Part shown: positions 40,151 through 50,766 of the stretch, piece after piece | How the letters are laid out: every line of letters begins with the position of its first letter | How positions within the stretch are numbered: position 1 is the first letter of the stretch | Source of the DNA: Vulcanimicrobiota bacterium | GTDB taxonomy: Bacteria; Vulcanimicrobiota; Vulcanimicrobiia; Vulcanimicrobiales; Vulcanimicrobiaceae | Reading direction: 5' to 3' | Assembly (NCBI GenBank): GCA_963812155.1 | Contig: CAWETW010000004.1 | Location: 64,001-128,000, forward strand | DNA: 64,000 nt | Position numbers and translations under genes: made by a program | The notes under the pieces: model-generated | Databases searched by the model: none | The model's input: the letters and a program-made list of their open reading frames with translations, nothing else | What the model was told of the DNA's origin: nothing

Positions 40151-40957
40151 ATGCCGCCGCTGCAGACGGCACTCGCTCCCTACGTCGAGTTTGCGAAGAA
40201 AGCGTTCGCCCGCGAGGCCACCTACCGGATGGAGGTGCTCGCGGAGGTCGGATCGCTCGTCCTTCGCGTGTACATCCTTCGCTCGCTCTGGACGGCGCTC
40301 TACGCGCAAAACGCGGCGCCGCTCGATTTGCCGCTCCATTCCATGATCACCTACGCGACCGTCGCGATGCTCATGTCGCTCGTCTTGGAGGTCGACGGCA
40401 CCCGGCTGATTCGCGAGAAAATCCGCGAGGGCACGATTGCAACCGATCTGATGAAGCCGATCTCGCTGCCCCTCTACTTCTTCAGCGACGGTGTCGGCCA
40501 GACGGTGCTGCACGCCGTGCTGGTCGTGCCGTCGCTTCTCTGCTCGCTGCTGCTCGTGCACATCGACGTGCCGCCGGCGCCTGTCTTCGGGGCGTTCCTC
40601 GTGGCGTTTTCGATCGGCTACTGCGTCAACTTCTTCCTGAACTTCCTGATGAACTCGATCGCCTTCTGGACGCTCGAGACGTTTGCCGTCCAGCTCATCG
40701 TGCGATGGGCCTCCGACCTGCTCTCCGGACAAGTCATTCCCTTGACGTTCTTTCCGGGCATCCTCGGACGAATCGTCTTCGCGTTGCCGTTTGCCGCCAT
40801 CTACTCGACGCCGCTGCTCATCTACGTCGGGATCATTCCTCCGAGCGGGTATCTCGCGAGCTTCGCAATTCAATTGATGTGGCTCGTGCTGTTCGCCGCG
40901 CTGTCGGCGTTCGTGTGGCGCGCCGCCGCGCGAAAGGTCGTCATTCAAGGCGGTTAG
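40151..40957 (+). CDS. ABC-2 permease 1 (DUF990-like)
   Basis: YRME, IREGTIATDLMKP, SGQVIPL, LPFAAIYSTP, C-terminal VIQGG. Confidence 0.85.
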   Translation: MPPLQTALAPYVEFAKKAFAREATYRMEVLAEVGSLVLRVYILRSLWTALYAQNAAPLDLPLHSMITYATVAMLMSLVLEVDGTRLIREKIREGTIATDLMKPISLPLYFFSDGVGQTVLHAVLVVPSLLCSLLLVHIDVPPAPVFGAFLVAFSIGYCVNFFLNFLMNSIAFWTLETFAVQLIVRWASDLLSGQVIPLTFFPGILGRIVFALPFAAIYSTPLLIYVGIIPPSGYLASFAIQLMWLVLFAALSAFVWRAAARKVVIQGG

Positions 40958-41111
40958 CAACCGGGCGCCGCAGTTCGCCGCGCAATTCTGAAAAATTATC
41001 AACGCGCGTTGCGCGCTCGTCAGCAATTGTCAACGCGCTTGTGGTTTCACAATCGTTGATACACCAAAAATCGCTCCGGTATATAGTAGCGCTACTGGAG
41101 GAACCATACGC

Positions 41112-44100
41112 ATGAAACGATCATCGTTCAGGCGTGCACTGGTTGCTTCCGCGACGTTGCTTGCATTCATCGCCGGACAGGAAACATGGGCACTGGCCGG
41201 CACTACCGGTGGAATCGCAGGCGTCGTCAAAGATAGCAGCAGCGGTGCACCCATCGCCGGCGCGCGCGTTCAGGCCGTCGCGCCGTCTCAAACCGTCAAC
41301 ACGACGACCGACGCGGGAGGACGCTTTATCATCCTTTCGCTCGCGCCCGACACCTACACCCTCACGGTATCAAAAGCGGGATACCAGCAAACGGCAAGTC
41401 CAGGCGAAGTCGTCTTCGCCGATCAGACCCAGCGCGTAACGATCGGCATGGCCAAGCAACTGGCGACGATCGCTCACGTCACCGCGCAAGGCGGCGGAAG
41501 CCTCGTGAAATCGGGCGTGGGGGGCGATCTCTACAACGTCAACTCCGCGCAAGCGCACGCAGCCTCGCCGCTGGGCGGCGGCGGCAACCTGAACAGCGCT
41601 TACTCGGCAATGGCGTCGGTGCCGGGCGTTCAAGTCAACATCGGCGGTCAAGGCTGGACGTTCAACGCGGCCTACGTCCGGGGTCAAAACTACTACTATA
41701 CGGGCTACGAGTACGACGGCATCCCGATCAACCGCGCGTTCGACAACTACAACGCGTCGACCGAATCGAGCCTCGGCTTACAAGAGCTGCAGGTCTATAC
41801 CGGCGGCGGTCCCTCGTCGGTTGCGACGGCGGGTACCGCCGGATTCATCAACCAAGTCATCAAGACGGGTACGTATCCCGGGTTCGCGCAAGCGAACTTG
41901 GGCATCGGCACGCCCACGTTCTACCATTACGGTGAAGTCGAAGTCGGCGGATCGACGCCGGACCGCAACTTCAGCTACTATGCCGCCTTCAACGGCACCA
42001 ATCAAGCGTTTCGCTTAATCGACTCCGATAACGGCGCCGGGTTTATGGAGCCCGGCGGTATCTACTCGGGGGCGGCGACCATCGGCCTATCGCCCGGCTA
42101 CACCGGCTGCACGGGTTTGACCGGTCCGACCTGCCAAGGCGTGAAGCCGAGCTGTGCGCCCGGGGTAACGCCGGCCGACTTCATTAACACAAACGGCATC
42201 GCCCAAGGCTGCTGGGGTTATTACAGCGGCCTCGGGGGAACGTCCAATTTCGTCACGGATCGCGAAAACGTCGTGAACTTCCACTTGGGGCTCCCTCGGC
42301 AGAGTGGATTGCGCGACGACGTGCAGTTGCTGTGGAGCGGTTCGCACCTCAACAACGGCAGTTACGGCTCGATCAACGATCTCGGGCCAGGTTACCAGCA
42401 GTTCTACTTAAATAACTATTTCGCACCGTACGCCGCGCCGCTTTGCAACCAGTCGATCACCTTCCCCGTCGGATTGACGGTGAACGGCTGCGTGCCGAGC
42501 TCGAAGGGCGCGTATACGCCGTACGCCGATCAGATCTCCTACAACGTGCCCTTTGGCACGCCCATCGCGACGCCCACGCACACCAGCCTTCCCTCGATCT
42601 ACTTCGCTCCGGGAACTCCGCAGCATCAATTCGACGGCCCGATCCCGCTGTTTGACGAGGGCCTGAACTCCTATCAGAACGACACGGGCATCGTGAAGCT
42701 GCAATACACGCACGCGCTCAGTCAAGCCGCGTACATTCGTGCGTACGGCTACACGTTCTACTCCGACTGGCTCCAAACCGCTCCGCTTTCGGGCGCCACC
42801 GGGCAGGCTCAACCCGCGCTGCCTTCGCCGGAGTACGAGCTCATCACGCACACATCGGGTGGCGCGATCGAGCTCAACGATCAATTAAACGACCAAAATC
42901 TGTTGGGCGCCGACGTTAACTACACGCAAGCCAACGTCACGCGCTTCAACAACAGCTCGGCCATCGTCGGTGCGGGCACGTCGCCGATCGGCTATATGAG
43001 TGGCAGCGGCGGCAACTTCACCTGCTACGACGCAGCCCCATCCCAAGCCGGCGGCGGCAAAGCGGTGCCGTGTTTGTCCAGCGGCTACTACGACGTCGGT
43101 CTCGGCACGTTCGTTAGTCCCAACGCCGTCTATAGCGGTGCTCCGGGAACTTGCGACGCGCCGTCTCCGAGCAATCCGAAACCAGGGCCATGCGGCTGGC
43201 GCAGCAACGCCATCGCGGGGCCGACCGGATTCGGTGGCCCGGCCAACGCTTCGTGGGATTCCTTGTGGTCCGGCAACGCAGCAGGCTCGTTCAACACGGT
43301 TCAACCGCATTTCACCAATGCGGCGATCAGCGATCAATGGCGGCCAAACGATCGACTCCTAGTGAACGCCTCGGTACGTTACGACAACTTCACGTACAAC
43401 TTGCCCAATTCGGCCACGGTCGCAACCCAGTTCTACGCCAACATGACGGCGAACTACACCTGCGTTCAGGCCTCGACGAATCAGGTCTTCGTCACCCCGC
43501 TCGCTCCTGGGCAACCGCCGCCGGCGACGGCCCAGTACATCAACGGCGACTGTAACCAAGGCGTGAGCGCTCTGACGCACACCGCCCAGACCGGCTGGGT
43601 CCATCCCAACGGGAAGTCGCAGGACGGCATTGCCGCCCCGAACTTCACGGCGGCTTCTCCGAGTTCGTATGGTTTGAACTACTGGGAGCCGCGTTTCTCA
43701 GCCACCTACACGATCAATCCGGAAACCGTACTGCGGGCCTCGGCGGGCCGCTACGTCGCACCGCCAATCTCCGCCTCGGTGCAATACCTGGCGCTGACCG
43801 GTGACGACCGCTCCGTATGGAACAACACGCTGAACCTCGGATTCTACACGCCGTTCCATCCGATTCCAGGCATCTCGTCGGCGCAATACGACATGTCGCT
43901 CGAGAAGCATCTGCACGGAACCGACATGAGCTTCAAAGTGACCCCATACTTCACGTGGGTGAACGACTGGCAGCAGCAGACCTTTATCGGGTCCAACTTC
44001 GCCACGAACGTTCCGGTCGGAGTCAATCGCGACTACGGCGTCGAGTTCCAGTTCAATAAGGGAGACTTCACCCGCGACGGCTTCTCGGGACAGTTCTCGT

Positions 44101-45092
44101 TCACGTACACCAACTCGAAGGTGCAGTTCCAGAACGTCGGTATTGCCGGGGGCGTCGTCCCCAACCAAACGGCTGCCCTCAATACGGTGATCGCGCAATA
44201 TAATGCGCTCACCAAGTCCGGAGGGGGTTCGCCCTGCTACCTGACGGGCCTGACATCGAGTCTTCCCTATAAGGGCGTCTCGTGCTCGTTTAAGGGATCG
44301 GCCCCACCTGCAAATCTCATCCGCAACCCGTACTACAACATGACCGCGCAAGGCGAGCTCGATCCGAACGGATGGTACAATCCCTACGTCACCGCAAATG
44401 CCCCCAATCTGAACGCCGGCGTAAACTCGTACATCTCGCCGCTGACGTCGTCGCTGCTGCTCAACTACCGCCATCACAAGCTGGCGATAACGCCGAGCAT
44501 CCAGTTTCAGTCAGGCGGCTTCTACGGCAGTCCGCTCGACGTCAACGGGTACGATCCGCGTACGTGCGGACAGAACTCGCTAGCGGGGGGCATCACGAAA
44601 CTCTCGCCCAAGACCAATCCGCTGCAGTGCAACGTGCTCTCGTTGAATCCCGGGGTTGGAAGCTACGGTCCCCTCGGCTATCTCTACATACCCAACCCTC
44701 AGACCGGCGCGTTTTCGGCGCTCGGTTCGTTCGAACAACCGTCGCTGATTACCGGAAACCTCATGGTCACGTACGAAGCAACTCCCCGCATGACGGTCAC
44801 CCTGACGGGGACCAACCTCTTCCATAGCTGCTTCGGCGGATATTCGGAGCCGTGGACGCAGGCGAACGGGCCGTCGCCCAACGTCTGCGGCTATTCGGCG
44901 GCCGGTGGCGCCTTCAACAGTTCGGTCTATCCGTCGAACTTCTACAACGGCACCGGAATCAACGACAAAGCGGCCAATAAGTTCACGACACCCTTCCAGC
45001 AAAGCTACTTCCCGACGCTCGGCAATAACGGAGGCATCGGATCGGCTCTGCCACCCTTCAACGTGTACTTGACGGCTCAGTTCAAGATCTAA
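41112..45092 (+). CDS. Large TonB-dependent receptor with N-terminal carboxypeptidase-regulatory-like domain
   Basis: 1326 aa; signal peptide, GxIxGxVKD..GAPIAGA, plug VRG...EYDGIPIN, EPRFSATY, terminal QFKI; SD GGAGG. Confidence 0.85.
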   Translation: MKRSSFRRALVASATLLAFIAGQETWALAGTTGGIAGVVKDSSSGAPIAGARVQAVAPSQTVNTTTDAGGRFIILSLAPDTYTLTVSKAGYQQTASPGEVVFADQTQRVTIGMAKQLATIAHVTAQGGGSLVKSGVGGDLYNVNSAQAHAASPLGGGGNLNSAYSAMASVPGVQVNIGGQGWTFNAAYVRGQNYYYTGYEYDGIPINRAFDNYNASTESSLGLQELQVYTGGGPSSVATAGTAGFINQVIKTGTYPGFAQANLGIGTPTFYHYGEVEVGGSTPDRNFSYYAAFNGTNQAFRLIDSDNGAGFMEPGGIYSGAATIGLSPGYTGCTGLTGPTCQGVKPSCAPGVTPADFINTNGIAQGCWGYYSGLGGTSNFVTDRENVVNFHLGLPRQSGLRDDVQLLWSGSHLNNGSYGSINDLGPGYQQFYLNNYFAPYAAPLCNQSITFPVGLTVNGCVPSSKGAYTPYADQISYNVPFGTPIATPTHTSLPSIYFAPGTPQHQFDGPIPLFDEGLNSYQNDTGIVKLQYTHALSQAAYIRAYGYTFYSDWLQTAPLSGATGQAQPALPSPEYELITHTSGGAIELNDQLNDQNLLGADVNYTQANVTRFNNSSAIVGAGTSPIGYMSGSGGNFTCYDAAPSQAGGGKAVPCLSSGYYDVGLGTFVSPNAVYSGAPGTCDAPSPSNPKPGPCGWRSNAIAGPTGFGGPANASWDSLWSGNAAGSFNTVQPHFTNAAISDQWRPNDRLLVNASVRYDNFTYNLPNSATVATQFYANMTANYTCVQASTNQVFVTPLAPGQPPPATAQYINGDCNQGVSALTHTAQTGWVHPNGKSQDGIAAPNFTAASPSSYGLNYWEPRFSATYTINPETVLRASAGRYVAPPISASVQYLALTGDDRSVWNNTLNLGFYTPFHPIPGISSAQYDMSLEKHLHGTDMSFKVTPYFTWVNDWQQQTFIGSNFATNVPVGVNRDYGVEFQFNKGDFTRDGFSGQFSFTYTNSKVQFQNVGIAGGVVPNQTAALNTVIAQYNALTKSGGGSPCYLTGLTSSLPYKGVSCSFKGSAPPANLIRNPYYNMTAQGELDPNGWYNPYVTANAPNLNAGVNSYISPLTSSLLLNYRHHKLAITPSIQFQSGGFYGSPLDVNGYDPRTCGQNSLAGGITKLSPKTNPLQCNVLSLNPGVGSYGPLGYLYIPNPQTGAFSALGSFEQPSLITGNLMVTYEATPRMTVTLTGTNLFHSCFGGYSEPWTQANGPSPNVCGYSAAGGAFNSSVYPSNFYNGTGINDKAANKFTTPFQQSYFPTLGNNGGIGSALPPFNVYLTAQFKI

Positions 45093-45128
45093 ACGAACTG
45101 CACGTCATCGCTACGCAGCGAACGATAA

Positions 45129-45161
45129 AGGCGGGATCCGAAAGGATCCCGCCTACTTTTT
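45129..45161 (+). terminator. Rho-independent terminator
   Basis: AGGCGGGATCC-GAAA-GGATCCCGCCT followed by ACTTTTT. Confidence 0.85.
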
Positions 45162-45182
45162 GCTACCACACACGTGAAACGC

Positions 45183-45245
45183 AAAACCCCCGGCACGTCA
45201 CCGGGGGTTCTACCACATGACTACCTGAGGAGGGTTTTCATGTAC
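45183..45245 (-). ncRNA. Candidate small RNA with anti-SD motif and terminator
   Basis: Minus strand: AAAACCCTCCTCAGGTAGTCATGTGGTAG-AACCCCCGG-loop-CCGGGGGTTTT. Confidence 0.45.
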
Positions 45246-45311
45246 GAATATCATCGCACGTTCTAGCGGCGATTGCATAAACAAGAATAAAAAGCCCCGG
45301 GCCGGCCTGGC

Positions 45312-46106
45312 TTATTTCGAGCACGCCGCCATCGCAGCCATGATCGACGCGGCCGCCTCGCCTTCACGCTTCCCCGTTTCGGAGCGCACCCATTGCAGCG
45401 CCGTGACGAGCCGGCCGAGCGGATTATAGCCGACCATCAGCCCCGGTACGGCCATCAAATCGACCGCGTACGGATTCTGCGAAAGTCCGGGAGTATTCGG
45501 ATCTTGCAGCGGGCCGGGCGGAGGTGCCGTAGCGATTGGTTTCGTTAGACCGGTGCCCGTGATGGCTCCCAAATACGTTTCACCCGCATGCTGCAAGTCG
45601 CCCATTTGCTGCGTCTGCACGAATCCGTTGATGAGGTCGAGCGATGCACTTTGGTAGGCTACGCTTTCAAGCAGCTGCTTTTTGATCGTCGCCAGATGCG
45701 CGTCGTCTTCGCGGTTCCCGGTCGATTTGCTTAATGCTGCATCGTTGAGGAGCGCCTGAGCCGCGAGGAGGTTCTGCGCGATCGGGCTCACCAGATACGA
45801 CATTTTCTGAAGCGCCATCTCCGTTGCAGGCGAATCTACGTTGATCGAATCGTTCCCCGACGGCCCATCTCGATCGGAGAAAGCACGATCGATCGAGCCG
45901 AATGCTCCGACACCGTAGTCCTTGAATAGCGGCACACTCTTGGAAATGGCCGCGTCGTTTTGCAGAATCGCCGAGACGGCGGGGCGCACCTTGTCGTGAA
46001 GACGCGCGCAGAACGGCGTCGTGATTACGCGATAGATCTGCGGCGGCGGTGACGGGGTAGCTGCCGTTAGCGTAGACGCGAGCAAAAGTGCGGCGCACCT
46101 TCGCAT
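45312..46106 (-). CDS. Secreted hypothetical protein, possibly leaderless
   Basis: MRRCAALLLASTLTAA signal, PSPPPQIYRV; TAGAGT sits 5 nt upstream of the ATG. Confidence 0.75.
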   Translation of the reverse strand: MRRCAALLLASTLTAATPSPPPQIYRVITTPFCARLHDKVRPAVSAILQNDAAISKSVPLFKDYGVGAFGSIDRAFSDRDGPSGNDSINVDSPATEMALQKMSYLVSPIAQNLLAAQALLNDAALSKSTGNREDDAHLATIKKQLLESVAYQSASLDLINGFVQTQQMGDLQHAGETYLGAITGTGLTKPIATAPPPGPLQDPNTPGLSQNPYAVDLMAVPGLMVGYNPLGRLVTALQWVRSETGKREGEAAASIMAAMAACSK

Positions 46107-46114
46107 TGTGTACT

Positions 46115-47389
46115 CTACAGCGTTTGCAGATCGTCGAGAAATGGATCGAGATGCGACTGCACGTACCACCATTCGCCGTTTTCCTTGCTGCGCTGCAGGT
46201 GCGCGGAAGCCGCAGCGAACTGACCGCGACCGGTCTCTGCCAAGACGAACGCCGCTGCCGGTACGAACTGCCGTTGCGAGAGGCGGCGCAGTCGTTCCAG
46301 GGAGGCTTCGGCGATGTGCATGTCGCCGAAGCGAAAGCGCGCAAATATCGCATAACCTTCGGCGATAAATTGCACGTCGGCCTCGCCGTCGGTCAGGGGA
46401 TCGTACGCCGAAAGACGGACGGCGTCGAATTCCGTAATGGCGCGGGTCGCGTCGCCGAGCAAGAAACGAGCTTGGCCCAGCAAGATCCGCCCGAATGCGT
46501 GAGGGCGTTCGGCGCAGACGGCGCCGAGTTCGGCGACGGCCGAAACGTAATCGCGTTCGAGCAGCGACCCGAGGCCCCGATAGACGCGCAACTCGGGATC
46601 GTCAAACGCTCGGCTCCGCTCGTCGATGAACGCCTGCGCATCGCGAAAGCGTGATTGCAACAGCAAAACCCAGGCGTAGAGGGTGGCGGCCGGAAGGCTC
46701 TCCGGCGTCAGCGAGACGGCGTTATGCGTCAGCAGTGCTGCGCCCGCCACATCGCAGTCCGCGTGCAGCGCGACCTTCACGCGCGCCAGCAGCGCGTCGT
46801 TGCAAGCCGGATCGGCCGCAAGGGCGGCATCGCTCTGCAAGCGCGCGTGCTCGAGCAACGGCCGTGGGAGGTCGCGCAGATTGTCGGCGATAAGGCATCT
46901 GCAAAGCGCCGCTCCACCAAGTGCTGCCGGGCTATCGGGGTCTATGGTAAGTGCGCGATGGTACAGGTCGAGGGCGCTACGCAAACCCGCGCGGCTGCGC
47001 ATCCGGCGAAACTCTATAGCAGCCCCGCAGAGTTCGTCGATCAGGGTTTGCGTCAAGATGGACGGGCCCGACGAGACCGTACCGACGAAGCGGTAACCTT
47101 TGCCGTAATCCGTCACGACGTAGCGTGGATCGCGAATGCGGTCGCCGAGCGCGCGGCGCACCATTAATACGTGCTGGCGAAGCGTCGCGTCGTTGGCGTC
47201 TTCGTTGTCGGGCCAGAGCGCGCTCATGAGCGTATCCACCGTAACGGTGCGCCCGGCCGACTCGAGCAGTATCATCAAAAGGTCGAAGGCCTTCGGGGTC
47301 AGCGAGACGCTGACCCCGCCGCGTACGAGGCGGCGCTGATTGCAGTCGATCGCGAACGGCCCGAAGTAATAGCAGAGTGGGACCGCCAT
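46115..47389 (-). CDS. OmpR/CadC-type winged-HTH regulator with TPR-like repeats
   Basis: YYFGPFAID, LTPKAFDLL, VRRALGD, TDYGKGYRF, then helical repeats. Confidence 0.85.
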   Translation of the reverse strand: MAVPLCYYFGPFAIDCNQRRLVRGGVSVSLTPKAFDLLMILLESAGRTVTVDTLMSALWPDNEDANDATLRQHVLMVRRALGDRIRDPRYVVTDYGKGYRFVGTVSSGPSILTQTLIDELCGAAIEFRRMRSRAGLRSALDLYHRALTIDPDSPAALGGAALCRCLIADNLRDLPRPLLEHARLQSDAALAADPACNDALLARVKVALHADCDVAGAALLTHNAVSLTPESLPAATLYAWVLLLQSRFRDAQAFIDERSRAFDDPELRVYRGLGSLLERDYVSAVAELGAVCAERPHAFGRILLGQARFLLGDATRAITEFDAVRLSAYDPLTDGEADVQFIAEGYAIFARFRFGDMHIAEASLERLRRLSQRQFVPAAAFVLAETGRGQFAAASAHLQRSKENGEWWYVQSHLDPFLDDLQTL

Positions 47390-47551
47390 CGCCGGGATCA
47401 TGCGATCCGAGCAAGCATTGCGAGAGCTCCCATGCATTCAAGAACGAAGCATGCGTGGCGATGTGACCGCGGGCTCTCATCGCGCCGTGCGAACGCCGTT
47501 TATAAAAAACTATAAAAGCGAATAAAAATCGCGAAATCCTCGCTGGCGTTC

Positions 47552-49979
47552 TTATTCGTGAACCGTCAAGACGAAGTGAATCGCCGCCGGCAGCACGTTG
47601 AGCCGATCGGTCGGGAGGTCCGCCATGTACGTCGTGTTGCCGGGCGCCGCGTAGAGCCCTTGATATGGAACGCCGCCGCCGTAGATCGTAAACGGTCCCG
47701 AGACGGAGTTGAAGACATTCGTCGCGGCGACCGTGAAATCGATTCGTCCAAAGTTCTTGCCGACCGCCGCGTCGACTTGCGTATACGGCGGCTGGTTGAG
47801 CGGATTGTTGCGGCCGGCAAACGTGAACTGCGTCGCCGCATGCCATCCCTTTTCGGTCCAGTTCAGCGTCGCCGATCCTTGCTGCTGCGGAACTCCCAAG
47901 AACTGCTCGCCGTCAACCAGACTTCCGCCGGAAGTTGGATTCGAAACGTTCGGCCCGAGCGAGTACGGATATGCGACGTTCAGCCCGTACGCGAAGATCA
48001 GTCCGAGATGCTGGCGCGGAAAACTCTGCTTAAAGCGAACCTCCGCCCCCTCGTACACGGCGTTGCCGATGTTGATCGGAATCTCGTATTGGTAACCAAG
48101 TTTGCTGCTGCACGCGCCGAACGGATAGAAGTTCTCGATCGTGTCGCGCAGATTCGACCGGTACAGCGAAACGTCGACGATCGACTGGCTCGAAAAGAGG
48201 TGCGAGAGTCCCAGCTCGTATTCGGTTGCGTGCTCGGGCCGCTCTTGCGGGTTGCCTTGGCCCGCTACCACGCAGTTTTGATCCGCCGGCGGAAGTCCCG
48301 GATTCGGCTGGAGTTTCCCGTCGACGAGGACCGGCGGAAAGTAGTACTGCTCGATGAGCAGCGGCGCGCGGAATCCGGTACCCGCCGATGCGCGGACGAC
48401 CGTGGAAGAATCGACGTCGTAACTCGCCCCGGCCCGCCAATTCAGCGTATTGCCGAACGTGCTGTACGTCGCGTCGTACAATCCGCCGGAGAGGCGGAGA
48501 TTCGGGCCCACCTGCTGCGCTCCGCGCAGAAAGTACGAGTTGACGCTTTGCGAGAGCGCTCCGGTGACGCCGGCACCCGTCAGCGATTCCTGCCGCGCGT
48601 AGCCGCCGAACGCGAACGCAGCCGTGTCGAACGATCGCTCCCACGAGAGGCCTTCGTTGTACCGCTTATCGGTATGCGAGACGTCGTAGGGTGAGATGGC
48701 GCCCGATCCGCCAGAGAAATCGACGTTGTTGTCGTCGGCGTAGAAATCGGCGAGCAGCGACCCCGCGCCGAGTACCGAGCGCGAATAGACGTCGTAGGCG
48801 CGAATGCTCTGCGCGAAGATGCCGTTGCCGGCGCCGACGTGCTGCCCCAAAACCGGGTTCGGCGTGCTGGTGAACCCGCTCGGGCACGCAGGCGCGCTCG
48901 GATCGGTGGGATCGCACGGCTGGTACGCGTTTCCGGCGATGCCGTTGAGCGCACTGCTTTCGTCGCGGAAGTTTCCTAGCGTGAACGCGCGAACGCCAAG
49001 ATCGGCGCGCTGCGAAAAATTGTAGTCGAAGTTCACGAGACCCAGACGCGCGCTCACCGTCGAGCCGAGGTGCGTGAGCACCGGGCAGTTTTGCGGCGGA
49101 CCGCTCGCACTCGCACCACAGTTTTGCGGCGCAACGTTGTTCTGCGGGTAGACGAGGGCGTACTGATTGGTTTGACCGGATTGCATGTAGTTGTTGCCGG
49201 CCACTGCATAGCCGAGCTTACCGACGGTACCGGTGGCGTTGAACCACGCCTGCGACGTGCCGTACGATCCCAACGATCCCGCCAGCATCGTGTGGTCTTC
49301 CAGCGTCGGGCGCAGCGAAACGAGGTTCACGGCGCCGCCGAACGTGTTGCTTCCCTCGCTGTCGGTGGGGCCGAGCCCTTCGGTCACGTTGATGCTATTG
49401 AATGCCGGGACCGCGAACTGGGAGAGATCGAGATCGCCGGTGTTGCCGTCGTTGAGCACTTGGCCGTCGAGCGTTACCAGCGCTTCGGAGGGGTCCGGTC
49501 CGCGCAAAGAAACGACCGCAGGCGCCGTTGGCGCGCCCGCATCCGGACGCGTAATGACGACCGAAGGAACCTGCTGCAAGCCCCTCGAGCACGTTGTCGT
49601 AACCGAGCGCATCCATTTGCGAACGCGAGACGTCCATTTCCGGAATGACGTTGCGCACGAGCGTGAAACCGCCGTTGACGCGGACTTCGCCGATGGTCCG
49701 CAGTTTCGGCGAATCCGCCGGCTCGAGCACGATGTCGACGCGCGCGTCGGCGGTGAGGTCGCCGGTCGCGGCCTGCACCGGCCGGTAGCCGCCGGCAATC
49801 GCCGTAATCGTATAACGGCCGGGTGGAACGACGACGCTAAAGTCGCCTTTCGCGTCGGTCGTCGTCTGCGCGTGGCGCGAGCCTTCCACGATGACCTGCG
49901 CGTTGGCGATCGGCGAGCCGGATGGAGCGTGAACGTTACCGCCGATGAGACAGCAAGCGGCTATCAGCAAACCGTGCAT
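47552..49979 (-). CDS. TonB-dependent receptor, frameshift near 49583
   Basis: N-terminal carboxypeptidase-regulatory-like domain (ORF 49395..49991), then plug SLRGPDPSEALVTLDG, GGAVNLVS, GTGFRAP and barrel (ORF 47552..49798). Confidence 0.85.
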
Positions 49980-50027
49980 AGGCGGCCTCATTCGCCCCAG
50001 GGTTCGGGCGACGCCTCTCCGGCCCGT

Positions 50028-50766
50028 TTAGTGGCCCGGCGTTACCTCCGGCAAATCCCATAACACGAGTTCGCCACTGCCTCGGACGCTGAGTTTCGCC
50101 ACGTCGTAGAGTCGAACCGCGTCTCCGGCGCTCAAGCGCTCGCCGTTGGCTTCGACGCCGCCGCTGGCGACAAACAGAAATCCGTAGCGTTTCGGCGCGA
50201 AAACATGATCCACGCCGCCATCGTCGACCCGCGCGACCGCGAACGTCGCGCGCTGCGTGATGCGAATGGGCGCTTCGACGCCGTCTTCGCCGCTCACGAT
50301 TCGCAGCCAGCGGTTGCGCCGCTGCTCGGGGGTGAAATCCATTTGGCCGTACGACGGCGCGCGGCCGAGCGCGCCCGGCAGCACCCACATCTGCACGAGA
50401 TGCAGCGGCCGGTCCGCGAGGTTGTTGAACTCGCTGTGCGTCACGCCCGTACCGGCGCTCATGAACTGTACGCCGCCCGGCCCGACGACGCCGTGATTGC
50501 CCATGCTGTCGCGATGCGCGAGTTCGCCGTCGAGGACGTACGTGACGATCTCCATGTCGCGGTGCGGGTGCGGCGGAAAGCCTTCGCCGCCCGCGACGAC
50601 GTCGTCGTTGAACACGCGCAGCGCGCCCCAGTTGACGTTGCTGCGGATCGCGATACTCGGCAAAGCTGAACGAATGGTACGTCTGCAGCCATCCGTGATC
50701 GAAAAACGCGCGGTCGTGCGAACGCTGGACGACGAATGCCGGGGCGAGGGGTGCTTGAACGCTCAT
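50028..50766 (-). CDS. Pirin family protein (YhhW-like), frameshift near 50643
   Basis: DHGWLQTYHSFSFA, LRVFNDD, HPHRDMEIVTYV, MSAGTGVTHSEFN. Confidence 0.9.
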
